Position numbers and translations under genes: made by a program. The notes under the pieces are model-generated. The model did no database searches and was not told where the DNA came from. It saw nothing but the letters and a program-made list of their open reading frames with translations. DNA of 64,000 nucleotides from Ignavibacteria bacterium (GTDB taxonomy: Bacteria; Bacteroidota; Ignavibacteria; UBA10030; UBA6906): assembly GCA_040290295.1 (NCBI GenBank), contig PSMW01000007.1:11283-75282 (forward strand), given 5' to 3'. Of the stretch, positions 23,133-32,791 are shown piece by piece (position 1 is the stretch's first letter; every line of letters begins with the position of its first letter).

Positions 23133-24122
23133 ATGTCGTACGACATCAAGGCAATCAACGAAAAAATTCAGCGCGAGAGCGCGTTCATCGACGCCCTGCA
23201 GATGGAAATCGGGAAGGTGATCGTCGGGCAGAAGTACATGATCGAGCGCTTGCTTGTCGGGCTCCTCTCCAACGGTCATATCTTGCTCGAAGGCGTTCCG
23301 GGGCTTGCCAAGACGCTTTCCATCAAAACGCTCGCTGCCGCGGTCGATGCCAAGTTTCAACGCATTCAGTTCACACCCGATCTCCTTCCCGCCGACTTGA
23401 TCGGCACGATGATCTTCCATCAGAAAGAAAGCACCTTTCAAGTGAAGAAAGGTCCCATCTTCGCCAACTTCATTCTTGCCGACGAGATCAACCGTTCGCC
23501 GGCGAAGGTGCAGAGTGCGCTGCTCGAAGCGATGCAGGAGCGACAGGTGACGATCGGCGAGCAGACATTCAAGCTTCCCGAACCGTTCCTCGTACTGGCC
23601 ACTCAAAACCCCATCGAACAGGAGGGAACGTATCCGCTTCCCGAAGCGCAAGTCGATCGCTTCATGCTGAAGGTCAAGATCAGCTATCCCCCAAAGGACG
23701 AAGAGTTGCTCATCATGCGGTCGAACGTGAACGGCACGTCGCCCTCGGTCAACAAAGTGATCGAGCCGAAGGATATCCTTCGAGCGAGAAGCGTTGTGAA
23801 CGAGATTTACATGGACGAGAAGATCGAGCGGTATATCTTGGATATCGTCTTTGCTACGCGTTCGCCGAAAGACTATAAACTCGACAAACTTTCCTCGCTG
23901 ATCAGTTACGGCGCCTCGCCGCGTGCCTCCATCAATCTTGCGCTCGGCGCGAAAGCCTATGCCTTCATCAAGCGCCGCGGCTACGTCATCCCCGAAGACG
24001 TGCGCGCGATTTCGATGGACGTGCTGCGCCATCGTGTCGCAGTGACGTACGAGGCTGAAGCCGAGGAGGTCACCTCGGAACACGTGGTGCAGGAAGTGCT
24101 GAACGCGATCGAGGTACCTTAA
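23133..24122 (+). CDS. moxR: MoxR-family AAA+ ATPase
   Basis: Walker A GVPGLAKT, Walker B ILADEINR and the sensor regions typical of MoxR. It is the first gene of the Bat-type operon. Confidence 0.85.
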   Translation: MSYDIKAINEKIQRESAFIDALQMEIGKVIVGQKYMIERLLVGLLSNGHILLEGVPGLAKTLSIKTLAAAVDAKFQRIQFTPDLLPADLIGTMIFHQKESTFQVKKGPIFANFILADEINRSPAKVQSALLEAMQERQVTIGEQTFKLPEPFLVLATQNPIEQEGTYPLPEAQVDRFMLKVKISYPPKDEELLIMRSNVNGTSPSVNKVIEPKDILRARSVVNEIYMDEKIERYILDIVFATRSPKDYKLDKLSSLISYGASPRASINLALGAKAYAFIKRRGYVIPEDVRAISMDVLRHRVAVTYEAEAEEVTSEHVVQEVLNAIEVP

Positions 24123-24181
24123 CGCTTCATCTCACCGGGGAGGTGCAGTGCTCCTCGTGTTGTCGCTCATGCGGACTAACC

Positions 24182-25057
24182 ATGGACACCAGAGAAGTTC
24201 TCAAAAAAGTCAGACAGATCGAGATCAAAACGCGCGGACTGGTCAACCAGGTGTTCTCCGGTGAATACCACAGCGTGTTCAAGGGCCGCGGGATGGAGTT
24301 CTCGGAGGTTCGCGAATACCAATTTGGCGACGACGTGCGTCTGATCGATTGGAACGTTTCTGCCCGCTTCAATCATCCGTTCGTGAAAGTGTTCGAGGAA
24401 GAGCGGGAACTGACGGTGATGCTGTTGGTGGATTTCAGCCGGTCGGGGAGCTTCGGCTCGGGTAGGCACTTGAAGCTCGAGGTGGCGGCCGAAATGTGTG
24501 CGGTACTTGCCTTTTCGGCGATCAAGAACAACGACAAGGTGGGGCTGATCCTGTTCACTGATCGCATTGAAAGGTTCGTTCCTCCCAAGAAAGGACGCGC
24601 CCACATTCTGCGTATCATTCGTGAGTTGATCTCTTTCGAGCCGAGCGGTACGGGAACGAACATCACGCAAGCGCTGGAATACTTCCACCACGTCAGCAAG
24701 AAACGTACGATCGCGTTCTTGATTTCTGACTTCATCGATGACGGCTACGAACGTATTCTCCGCATTGTCAGCCGCAAGCACGACCTGATTGCCATCGAGA
24801 TTGCCGACCCACGTGAAGAGGAACTCCCACCGGTCGGGCTGATCAAGATGCGCGATGCGGAAACACAACACGAACGCTGGATCGATACGAGCCATCCCGA
24901 TGTTCGCCGGGGCTTCGAGCAATACTGGCGCACGCGGCGTGAGGAACGGAAGCAGCTCTTCATCAGGAGTCGGGTGGATGCGATCCCGATTCGCATCGAT
25001 CGGCCGTACATCAAACCCATCGTCGATTTCTTTCGATTGCGAGAGCAGCGACTGTGA
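24182..25057 (+). CDS. DUF58 protein (MoxR partner with a vWA-like fold)
   Basis: Conserved DUF58 N-terminal block GEYHSVFKGRGMEFSEVREYQFGDDVRLIDWNVSAR. Located immediately after moxR. Confidence 0.8.
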   Translation: MDTREVLKKVRQIEIKTRGLVNQVFSGEYHSVFKGRGMEFSEVREYQFGDDVRLIDWNVSARFNHPFVKVFEEERELTVMLLVDFSRSGSFGSGRHLKLEVAAEMCAVLAFSAIKNNDKVGLILFTDRIERFVPPKKGRAHILRIIRELISFEPSGTGTNITQALEYFHHVSKKRTIAFLISDFIDDGYERILRIVSRKHDLIAIEIADPREEELPPVGLIKMRDAETQHERWIDTSHPDVRRGFEQYWRTRREERKQLFIRSRVDAIPIRIDRPYIKPIVDFFRLREQRL

Positions 25058-26025
25058 TGAACGTGATGAGGACGTTGAACTCGTTGGTGTTGGCAACCGC
25101 TCTGATCGGTGTCGGGAGTGTGCCTGCACAGCAGCCTGCGGCACGGGCGTGGGCAGATTCGAGCACGTTCTTCGTCGGCGATCCGATTACGGTGCACGTC
25201 GAGATCACGCATCCGCCTACGTTGGGCTTCTCACCACTCATTGGCGATACGATCGGAGTGTTCCACGTTCTCTCGCGCGCACCGATGCATTCATCGTCGG
25301 GGACGACCACAACCTCCGTGACGGTTGCCGCCTATGACTCGGGCACGGCCATCGTGCCGCCGCTCGCGTTTTCCTACACTGCCGATACCGCCCAGCACGT
25401 CGTCTCGACCAACCCTCTCATCTTGACCATTCGTCTCGTTCCGGTCGATACAACCAAAGAGTTCAAGGACATCAAGCCGCCTCTTGCAATTGCTTTGACT
25501 GTCGCCGAGGTCTCGCTCATCATCGGCGTTGGTGTGGGGGCAGTGCTGTTGCTGTACGGCTTCATGCAGTATCGTAAGCGCAAGAAGGAGCGTCATAGCG
25601 AAGACCTCTATGCCCCACCGCCGAAACCTGCACACGTCGAAGCATTTGAACGACTTGCGTTCCTGAAGGAGAAGCGACTCTGGCAGCAAGGACTGATCAA
25701 ACCGTATTACACCGAAGTGTCCGAAATCGTTCGGCGATATTTCGAGCAGCGATTCGGCTTTGCGGCGTTGGAGCAAACGACCGACGAAACGCTGCACGAC
25801 CTCCGGCGGTTTGCTGTTGCGCATCCTGTTTTCTCTCACACCGAAACCCTGCTGCGGCGAGCAGATCTCGTGAAGTTTGCAAAGTACCAACCGAGCGTGT
25901 CGGAGAACGAAGAAATGATGACGCTCGCGTTCGAGATCGTTGACAAAACAAAAGTCGTCGACCTGCCGCCCGTAGGGGACCCACAGGTTCCGCAGCAGGA
26001 AGTGAGCGAGGTGGTCCATGCTTGA
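25054..26025 (+). CDS. Membrane-anchored hypothetical protein (DUF4381-like position in the Bat operon)
   Basis: Signal peptide plus one internal TM segment. Start overlaps the DUF58 stop. Occupies the slot between DUF58 and batA. Confidence 0.5.
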   Translation: MMNVMRTLNSLVLATALIGVGSVPAQQPAARAWADSSTFFVGDPITVHVEITHPPTLGFSPLIGDTIGVFHVLSRAPMHSSSGTTTTSVTVAAYDSGTAIVPPLAFSYTADTAQHVVSTNPLILTIRLVPVDTTKEFKDIKPPLAIALTVAEVSLIIGVGVGAVLLLYGFMQYRKRKKERHSEDLYAPPPKPAHVEAFERLAFLKEKRLWQQGLIKPYYTEVSEIVRRYFEQRFGFAALEQTTDETLHDLRRFAVAHPVFSHTETLLRRADLVKFAKYQPSVSENEEMMTLAFEIVDKTKVVDLPPVGDPQVPQQEVSEVVHA

Positions 26026-27019
26026 CGCCAACGTGACATTCGCACATCCGGAGTTCTTCTGGCTGCTCCTGCTGGTACCTGCCTTGGTGTATTGGTACAC
26101 TCGGCGTTATAGGCACGCAACGGCTGATCTTCGGTACTCCACACTCTTGCCGTTCGCACACGTGAGGCCGACGCTGCGCGAGAGGCTTCGCCATCTTCCT
26201 TTTCTTCTCCGCTTGATCGTCATCGTACTGCTCATCGTAGGCTTGGCTCGCCCCCGTACCACATCGAAAGGTGAAACGGTGTACACCGAAGGAATCGACA
26301 TTGTGTTGGTGTTCGATATTTCCGGCAGCATGCTTGCCGAGGACTTGCGTCCAAATCGCATCGAAGCAGCGCGACAAGTGATGATGGATTTCATCGACGG
26401 CAGAAAGAACGATCGCATCGGGCTGGTGATTTTCTCCGGCGAAAGCTTCACGCAGTGTCCGATGACGCTCGACTACCGCGTGCTGAAAAACCAACTCCGC
26501 GCCGTGAAGCAGGGCATTATCGAGGATGGTACCGCTATCGGGATGGCTATTGCGCAAGCGGTGAATCGCTTGAAAGACAGCAAAGCGAAAAGCAAAGTGA
26601 TGATCCTCCTGACCGACGGCATGAACAACCGCGGCGAAATCGACCCGTTGACGGCAACACAGATTGCTCGAACCTTCGGCATCCGTATCTATACCATCGG
26701 TGTCGGGACTTCTCGCGGCGAAGCACCGTATCCGGTTCAGACGCCGTTCGGCATCCGCTACCAAAACGTGCCGGTGGATGTGGACGAGAAAACGCTGATC
26801 AAGATTGCGGAGATGACCAGCGGTCGATACTTCCGCGCAACAGACAATCGGACCCTGAAACAAATCTACAGTGACATCGACGAGATGGAGAAGACACGCA
26901 TGGAGGTGCGTGCGTATCGCTCATATACGGAGCTGTTTTCCGATTGGGTGTGGGTGGGATTGATAGGGCTTGTGTTGGAACTGGTCCTTACGCAAACATA
27001 TGTGAGAAAGCTCCCATAA
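26018..27019 (+). CDS. batA: vWA-domain membrane protein BatA
   Basis: N-terminal TM helices and a vWA MIDAS motif DIVLVFDISGSM. Confidence 0.8.
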   Translation: MLDANVTFAHPEFFWLLLLVPALVYWYTRRYRHATADLRYSTLLPFAHVRPTLRERLRHLPFLLRLIVIVLLIVGLARPRTTSKGETVYTEGIDIVLVFDISGSMLAEDLRPNRIEAARQVMMDFIDGRKNDRIGLVIFSGESFTQCPMTLDYRVLKNQLRAVKQGIIEDGTAIGMAIAQAVNRLKDSKAKSKVMILLTDGMNNRGEIDPLTATQIARTFGIRIYTIGVGTSRGEAPYPVQTPFGIRYQNVPVDVDEKTLIKIAEMTSGRYFRATDNRTLKQIYSDIDEMEKTRMEVRAYRSYTELFSDWVWVGLIGLVLELVLTQTYVRKLP

Positions 27020-27021
27020 CG

Positions 27022-28074
27022 ATGTTTCGGTTTGGCAACCCAGAATATCTCATCCTGCTCGCACTCGCACCGCTGCTGGTGTTGGTCGCTTTCGCTGCTG
27101 CGCGTGCGCGTAGGAAAGCCTGGAGTCGGTTCGGCAGCCTCGACATTCTCTCACGCCTCGCGGAGGATGCGAGCCGTGCCAAGCGTCTCGTCAAATACTC
27201 TTTGCTGGTTGCTGCCTATGTGTGTTTAGTTCTCGCGATCGCCAATCCGCAGATCGGGACGCGTCTCGTCGAAGTGAAACAGGAAGGCGTGGACATCTTC
27301 ATTGCCCTCGATGTTTCTCTCAGCATGAAAGCGGAAGATTTGAAACCGAATCGTCTGGAAAAAGCGAAGTGGGAAATTCGCAATTTGATCGACAAGCTTG
27401 CGGGCGATCGCATAGGGCTTGTCGTGTTTGCCGGCGAAGCGTACACCCAGTTTCCTCTCACAACCGACTACAGCGGAGCAAAGTTGTTTCTTGACGCGGT
27501 GGATGTCGATGCTGTTCCCATTCCGGGCACCAATATCGGCGCAGCGATCCAGCGTGCGATGGAGTCGTTCGACTTCAACGAGCCGACGACAAAAGTGCTG
27601 GTGATTCTTTCCGACGGCGAGAACACCGAAGGGGACGCGTTCCCGGCTGCGGAGGAAGCGGCAGCCAAAGGTGTACGCATTTATACGATCGGCCTTGGTT
27701 CTCCCTCCGGCGCGCCGATCCCACTCTACAATGCGGCAGGACAGCAGGTGGATTTCAAGCGCGACAAACTCGGCAGTATCGTCATCACCACGTTGGACGA
27801 AGTTGCGCTCGAAAAACTTGCAGCACTCGGAAATGGAGTGTACTACCGTGGCAGCAACACGCAAGATGAACTGAACGAAATTTTCAAGACGATCAACTCC
27901 TTGCAGAAAAAGGAATTCGGTGTAAAACAGTTTACCGACTACGATTCGCGCTATCAGTACGTTCTTGCCGTGGGAATTTTTCTCCTCCTGATCGAGTTGA
28001 TGATGTCGGAAAAGAAAGTGCATTGGCTTGCACGATGGAACCCGCTTCGAGCCGAACGTAGCGTGGAGGTATAG
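27022..28074 (+). CDS. batB: vWA-domain membrane protein BatB
   Basis: MIDAS motif DIFIALDVSLSM, a C-terminal TM segment, and paralogy with BatA. Confidence 0.8.
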   Translation: MFRFGNPEYLILLALAPLLVLVAFAAARARRKAWSRFGSLDILSRLAEDASRAKRLVKYSLLVAAYVCLVLAIANPQIGTRLVEVKQEGVDIFIALDVSLSMKAEDLKPNRLEKAKWEIRNLIDKLAGDRIGLVVFAGEAYTQFPLTTDYSGAKLFLDAVDVDAVPIPGTNIGAAIQRAMESFDFNEPTTKVLVILSDGENTEGDAFPAAEEAAAKGVRIYTIGLGSPSGAPIPLYNAAGQQVDFKRDKLGSIVITTLDEVALEKLAALGNGVYYRGSNTQDELNEIFKTINSLQKKEFGVKQFTDYDSRYQYVLAVGIFLLLIELMMSEKKVHWLARWNPLRAERSVEV

Positions 28075-28076
28075 CG

Positions 28077-28814
28077 ATGCGATCAACATTAAGAATCGTC
28101 GTGCTGTCGGTGCCGATGCTCGTGTACGGATCGGCGGTCGCACAATCCGTTCGTTCGCTCGTCAACAGTGGTAACGATCTCTACGCGGAAAAGAATTATG
28201 CCGATGCAGAGGTGAACTACCGTAAGGCACTGGAGAAAGATATCACCTCGGTGCCGGGGCAATTCAACTTGGGGAACGCTCTCTACAAGCAAGAGAAACA
28301 TGACGAGTCCATCACGTCGTACGAGGACGTCATTCGCAAAAGCGATAGTCCCCGGGCAAAGGCGCACGCCTACTTTAACATGGGCGACGCGTACATGAAG
28401 TCCCACAAATATCAAGAGGCAGTGAAGGCATTCACCGAGTCGTTGAAACTCGACCCTTACGATCAGGATGCAAAATACAATCTCTCCTATGCATTGATGA
28501 AATTGCACGAACAGCAGAACCAACAACCGAACAAGAATAAGAAACAACCCGACAAGAACCAGCAACAGCAAAACAAGCAACAACAGCAGGACCAGCAACA
28601 GCAGAAACAACCGCAGGAACAGGAGCAGGAACAACAGCGGCAACAGCAGGAGCAACAGAATCAGCAGCAGCCGAAACCACAGCCGCCTGAAAAAACGATG
28701 TCGAAAGAAGATGCCGAAAGGATTTTGGATGTGTTGAAGAACAGCGAGAAGGAGATTCAGAAGAAGCTGCGGCAACGTGTCGCCGGACGTCCGAAAACAG
28801 AGAAGGATTGGTAA
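28077..28814 (+). CDS. batC: TPR-repeat protein BatC with a poly-Gln/Asn/Lys low-complexity region
   Basis: Signal peptide, TPR repeats (YAEKNYADAEVNYRKALE…) and a Q-rich tract. Confidence 0.7.
   Translation: MRSTLRIVVLSVPMLVYGSAVAQSVRSLVNSGNDLYAEKNYADAEVNYRKALEKDITSVPGQFNLGNALYKQEKHDESITSYEDVIRKSDSPRAKAHAYFNMGDAYMKSHKYQEAVKAFTESLKLDPYDQDAKYNLSYALMKLHEQQNQQPNKNKKQPDKNQQQQNKQQQQDQQQQKQPQEQEQEQQRQQQEQQNQQQPKPQPPEKTMSKEDAERILDVLKNSEKEIQKKLRQRVAGRPKTEKDW
28510..28690 (+). repeat. Imperfect (CAG/CAA)n trinucleotide tract encoding the BatC poly-Q region
   Basis: Direct reading of the sequence caacagcaaaacaagcaacaacagcaggaccagcaacagcag…. Confidence 0.7.
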
Positions 28815-28821
28815 GATAAAG

Positions 28822-30666
28822 ATGCGAGGCGTACATATTCTTTTTCTGTTGTGTTTGTGGGGCGCGGTCTCGCATGCGCAGGAGCCGTCGTTGGAAGCCA
28901 GTGTGGACAAGAACCCCGTTGCGATCGATGATCAATTTACCCTCTCGTTCGTCTTGACGAATGCGGGCATGAGTGGAGGCAAGAATCTGAAGCTTCCGAA
29001 TCTCGAGAAGTTCCATGTAATGATGGGACCGAGCACCTCGACGAGCATGCAGATCATCAATGGCGCTGTCTCCTCTTCTGTGACGTACAGTTATGTCCTC
29101 CAACCGAAGGAGATTGGAACATTCACGATCGGCTCGGCAAGCATCGATATCGGCAACAAGACCTACACTTCCGCACCCATCACGATCGAAGTGGTGAAAG
29201 GTTCTCCGCAAGCAAACCAGCCGAAAGGAAGACAAGGCGTATCGGGCGACCTCGATGCTCAGCTTTCCGAAAATCTCTTTCTGCGCGCTTCCGTTGATAA
29301 GACGCGTGCTCTGCAAGGCGAACAAATCATTCTCACGTTTAAGCTCTACACGCGCGTCGCCGTGCAAAATTACAATCTCAACAAAACTCCAACCATGACG
29401 GGGTTTTGGAGCGAAGACATCGAGATGCCGAAGCAAGTCCAGCTCACGACGGAGACAGTCAACGGCAAGCAATATCAGGTCGGGGTCATCAAGCGCATGG
29501 CGCTCTTCCCGACGCAACCCGGGACGCTCGAAATCGGTCCGATGGAAATCACCACATTGGTCACGGTGCGCGATCGGCGCTCGTGGGACCCGTTCGATGC
29601 ATTCTTCAGCGATCCGTTCGGCAGGCAGATCGAGTACGTGGTGAAGAGTGAACCACTGCGCATCAAAGTGGATCCGTTGCCGGTCGGCGCGCCGGTAAGT
29701 TTCAAAGGGGCCGTCGGTCGATTCACGCTGAATGTGAAAGCGGACCGACTCGAGGCGAAGACGAACGAGCCGATCAGCGTAAAGGTGACGATTGCCGGCA
29801 CAGGCAACATCAAAGTGTTGGAGTCACCGGCGATAGAGTTCCCCAAGGACTTCGAGCAATACACGCCGAAAGTGTCGGATGCAATCAACCGGCGAGAAGG
29901 GAAAATCAATGGGTCGAAAACGTTCGAGTACATTCTCATCCCGCGTTATCCGGGCAAGAAGGTGATCAAACCTGTGGAGTTCTCCTACTTCGATTTGGGG
30001 AAACGAGAGTATATCACACTCCGCTCGGATGAAATTGCATTCATCATTGAACAGGGCGCGCCTGCGGCTGCTCCGTTTGTCGCAGCGACGCCGAGGACGG
30101 ATGTACAACTTCTCAGTCAAGACGTTCGGTTCATCAAGCTGAGCAAGCCCGCATTTAGACGGCGAGGCGAGTTCCTCCACACCAGTCCTGTCTTCGTTGC
30201 ATTGACGCTTTTGCCGCTTGCCGGCATTGCCGGCGTGTTCGTGTACACGCGTCGCCGTCAAGAAGAGATGCGCGATGTGGTCGGCTATCGTACTCGGCAA
30301 GCAATCAAGGTAGCGAAGCGAGGATTGAAAGCTGCAGAGGCACTTCTGAAGGAAATCCTTTCGGGGAAAGACGGCTCTTCCGAAAAGAAACTCCAGTTTT
30401 ACGCCGAGGTTGCCAAAGCATTGTGGAAGTATGTGGGCGACAAGTTCAACATTCAGCAAGCGGACCTTTCGATCGAAACTGCGGTGAACGAGCTGCACAA
30501 GCGCGCCGTCGACGGCGAGATTGCCGCTTCGCTGCGATCGGTGTTGGAGCTGTGCGAGATGGCGCGTTTCGCACCGACAAGCTTGTCACTCGACACGCTT
30601 CAGAAAACATACGACGATGCCAACAAAATCATTGTGGATTTAGAACGCACGCTGAAGAAGTCATGA
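28822..30666 (+). CDS. batD: BatD-like large periplasmic/membrane protein
   Basis: Signal peptide, a long beta-rich ectodomain, a single C-terminal TM segment (VFVALTLLPLAGIAGVFVY) and a cytoplasmic tail. Sits in the expected batD position. Confidence 0.7.
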   Translation: MRGVHILFLLCLWGAVSHAQEPSLEASVDKNPVAIDDQFTLSFVLTNAGMSGGKNLKLPNLEKFHVMMGPSTSTSMQIINGAVSSSVTYSYVLQPKEIGTFTIGSASIDIGNKTYTSAPITIEVVKGSPQANQPKGRQGVSGDLDAQLSENLFLRASVDKTRALQGEQIILTFKLYTRVAVQNYNLNKTPTMTGFWSEDIEMPKQVQLTTETVNGKQYQVGVIKRMALFPTQPGTLEIGPMEITTLVTVRDRRSWDPFDAFFSDPFGRQIEYVVKSEPLRIKVDPLPVGAPVSFKGAVGRFTLNVKADRLEAKTNEPISVKVTIAGTGNIKVLESPAIEFPKDFEQYTPKVSDAINRREGKINGSKTFEYILIPRYPGKKVIKPVEFSYFDLGKREYITLRSDEIAFIIEQGAPAAAPFVAATPRTDVQLLSQDVRFIKLSKPAFRRRGEFLHTSPVFVALTLLPLAGIAGVFVYTRRRQEEMRDVVGYRTRQAIKVAKRGLKAAEALLKEILSGKDGSSEKKLQFYAEVAKALWKYVGDKFNIQQADLSIETAVNELHKRAVDGEIAASLRSVLELCEMARFAPTSLSLDTLQKTYDDANKIIVDLERTLKKS

Positions 30667-31409
30667 AACGCATGATCTGCATAGTGATGTTCGCGGCGTC
30701 GGTTCACGCCGAAACGCCCGAACAGTTTTTCGATCTTGCCAATCAAGCTTATCAGCAAGGAATGTTCGCCGAGGCGATCGAGAAGTATGAAATGATTCTC
30801 CAAAGCGGGCTTGTCAGCGGCGAGTTGTATTACAACCTCGGCAATGCCTATTACAAAGCAGGCAACATCGGCAAAGCGATTCTGAACTACGAGCGCGCTC
30901 GCCGCATGCTCCCGAACGATGACGACGTGCTACACAACCTCCAACTCGTCAATCTGATGATTGCCGACAGGATCGAGCCGTTGCCGCGGGTATTCCTCTG
31001 GGATTGGTGGGATGGAATCACATCGTGGTTCTCGATGAACGGCATTACCTGGACGATGTATGGTGTCTTCCTCCTGACGCTGGTTGCAGGAGCAGCATTC
31101 ATGTTGGCGCCGACGTATGCCCTGAGGCGGGCAGCATTCATAGGGGTGATGGTGGGCGTTATCCTATTTGTCGGCATGCTGAGCGTCTTCTTGGGTAAGC
31201 TTGGCGACCTTCAGCGCTCCGACATTGCGATCGTAACAGCGGATGTCGCAACGCTCAAGAATTCTCCCGACCCGAAAAGCACTGATGCGTTCGTTCTCCA
31301 CAGCGGGGTCAAGGTCTTCATCACCGACAAAGTGAAAGGCTGGCTGAAAGTGCGTCTTGCCGACGGGAAGGTGGCTTGGATCGAGCAGAACACCTGCGAG
31401 GTCATCTAA
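30663..31409 (+). CDS. batE: BatE-like TPR + SH3-like domain protein
   Basis: Start overlaps the batD stop (ATGA). Contains TPR repeats and a C-terminal SH3b-like region (…KGWLKVRLADGKVAWIEQN…). Confidence 0.7.
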   Translation: MKRMICIVMFAASVHAETPEQFFDLANQAYQQGMFAEAIEKYEMILQSGLVSGELYYNLGNAYYKAGNIGKAILNYERARRMLPNDDDVLHNLQLVNLMIADRIEPLPRVFLWDWWDGITSWFSMNGITWTMYGVFLLTLVAGAAFMLAPTYALRRAAFIGVMVGVILFVGMLSVFLGKLGDLQRSDIAIVTADVATLKNSPDPKSTDAFVLHSGVKVFITDKVKGWLKVRLADGKVAWIEQNTCEVI

Positions 31410-31489
31410 CAGGTTGAATGCACGCCATCAGCGAATCTCTTGTGAGAAAATGAGTTAGCCCAACGTGCTCTCGCCGTTCTCCGCACGTT

Positions 31490-32071
31490 CTACTCCCGCA
31501 GCAGAGCTTCGATCGCCGAGACACATTCATCGGAAAGCGGCTTGACGCGAGACAGAAATTTGTGTGTGAGCTTACCCTTCCGATTCACCAGATACTTCTG
31601 AAAATTCCACTTCACTTCCCCTTCCACGTCCGGGTCCGAGGTGATGAAACGGTAAAGCGGGTGTTGGTCGTCTCCTCCAACAGAAATCTTCGAGAACAAG
31701 TCGAACGAAACATCGTACTTCGTTTGGCAAAAGGCCTTTATCTCTTCATTCGAACCCGGCTCTTGCTGGCCGAAGTTGTTTGCGGGAAAGGCAAGTATGG
31801 CGAAGCCCCTGTCCTTGAATTTCCTATAGAGTGCCTCGAGGTCCTTGTACTGAGGCGTATAACCGCAGTACGACGCGACGTTCACGATCATCAGCACCTT
31901 GCCCTTGTACTTTTCCAACTTCACGCTTTTGCCATCGATGTCTTTCAGAGTGAAGTCATAGAGGGTTGTGGGGTTTCCAGCTTCCGTTGACATAAGGCCT
32001 CCGAGAAGTACCGACGTGAGTGTGCAAGCAATTGCTTTTTTGATCGTTGAAGAAATAAACAGGAGCGACAT
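31490..32071 (-). CDS. gpx: Glutathione peroxidase (Cys type) with a signal peptide
   Basis: GPx motifs NVASYCGYT (Cys codon TGC, not TGA), FPANNFGQQEP and KWNFQKYLV. Confidence 0.8.
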   Translation of the reverse strand: MSLLFISSTIKKAIACTLTSVLLGGLMSTEAGNPTTLYDFTLKDIDGKSVKLEKYKGKVLMIVNVASYCGYTPQYKDLEALYRKFKDRGFAILAFPANNFGQQEPGSNEEIKAFCQTKYDVSFDLFSKISVGGDDQHPLYRFITSDPDVEGEVKWNFQKYLVNRKGKLTHKFLSRVKPLSDECVSAIEALLRE

Positions 32072-32310
32072 AACTTGACGACGAGATAGGGAAGAGTTTG
32101 GCATAGACCCACAAACTGAAACTCTTCACCTGAAAGCGAAGTTCCCAATGGGATAGAAGAGCGCTGGCAAAATTTTTTTCCTGAGACCCCGTTGACTTTT
32201 CAGAAATGTTTTGTACTTTAGACATGGGTGTCATCGTATCCCTCGTGCCCAACTCGAGTGATGAGGATTGGGGGAATCTTCTTCCGGCAACAAGAAGAAA
32301 GGAGGCGGCA

Positions 32311-32658
32311 ATGACAAAGAGTAAACGAGTGATGCGGCGAGCGATTCTCTCGAAGCTCGTTGACCATTTGCGCGAACACTACGCCGAATTCCCCGGCGAC
32401 GAGATGGTTCAAGGTGACCTTTCGCTTCACGATCTCGATGCGCTGCTCGCATTCAAGAGCGATCCCGAATTGGAAGAACTGCGTAACGCGCTCGTACGTC
32501 TCGAAAAAGGGACCTACGGTATTTGCTTGAGCTGTAAGAGATCAATAAGCCAAGAGGTGCTGGATAACGATCCGACGCAACGGGTCTGCTCGATGTGTGA
32601 GCAGAAGTTCATTGGTGCTGTTCACCACGGGTATATCCACCAGTCCATTGCCCCTTGA
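32311..32658 (+). CDS. DksA/TraR-family C4-type zinc-finger protein
   Basis: AAAGGAGG RBS 5 nt upstream. C-terminal CLSC…CSMC four-Cys finger with the conserved DksA/TraR spacing. Confidence 0.6.
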   Translation: MTKSKRVMRRAILSKLVDHLREHYAEFPGDEMVQGDLSLHDLDALLAFKSDPELEELRNALVRLEKGTYGICLSCKRSISQEVLDNDPTQRVCSMCEQKFIGAVHHGYIHQSIAP

Positions 32659-32791
32659 TGGACAACGAGACGCTGCGCACTGCCTGAGTCGCCGTCCGGC
32701 GAGGAGGGTTGGTTTTTTTTACGCCTTTCCCTACCTTCTACAGAACTTTTCCCCTGACCTATCACCCGTTCATAAGCAAAAGGATGGATGC

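Noticed and set aside
31490-32104. Possible selenocysteine (TGA recoding) in the glutathione peroxidase gene.
   Set aside because: The active-site codon is TGC (Cys) within NVASYCGYT. No in-frame TGA and no SECIS-like hairpin are needed.
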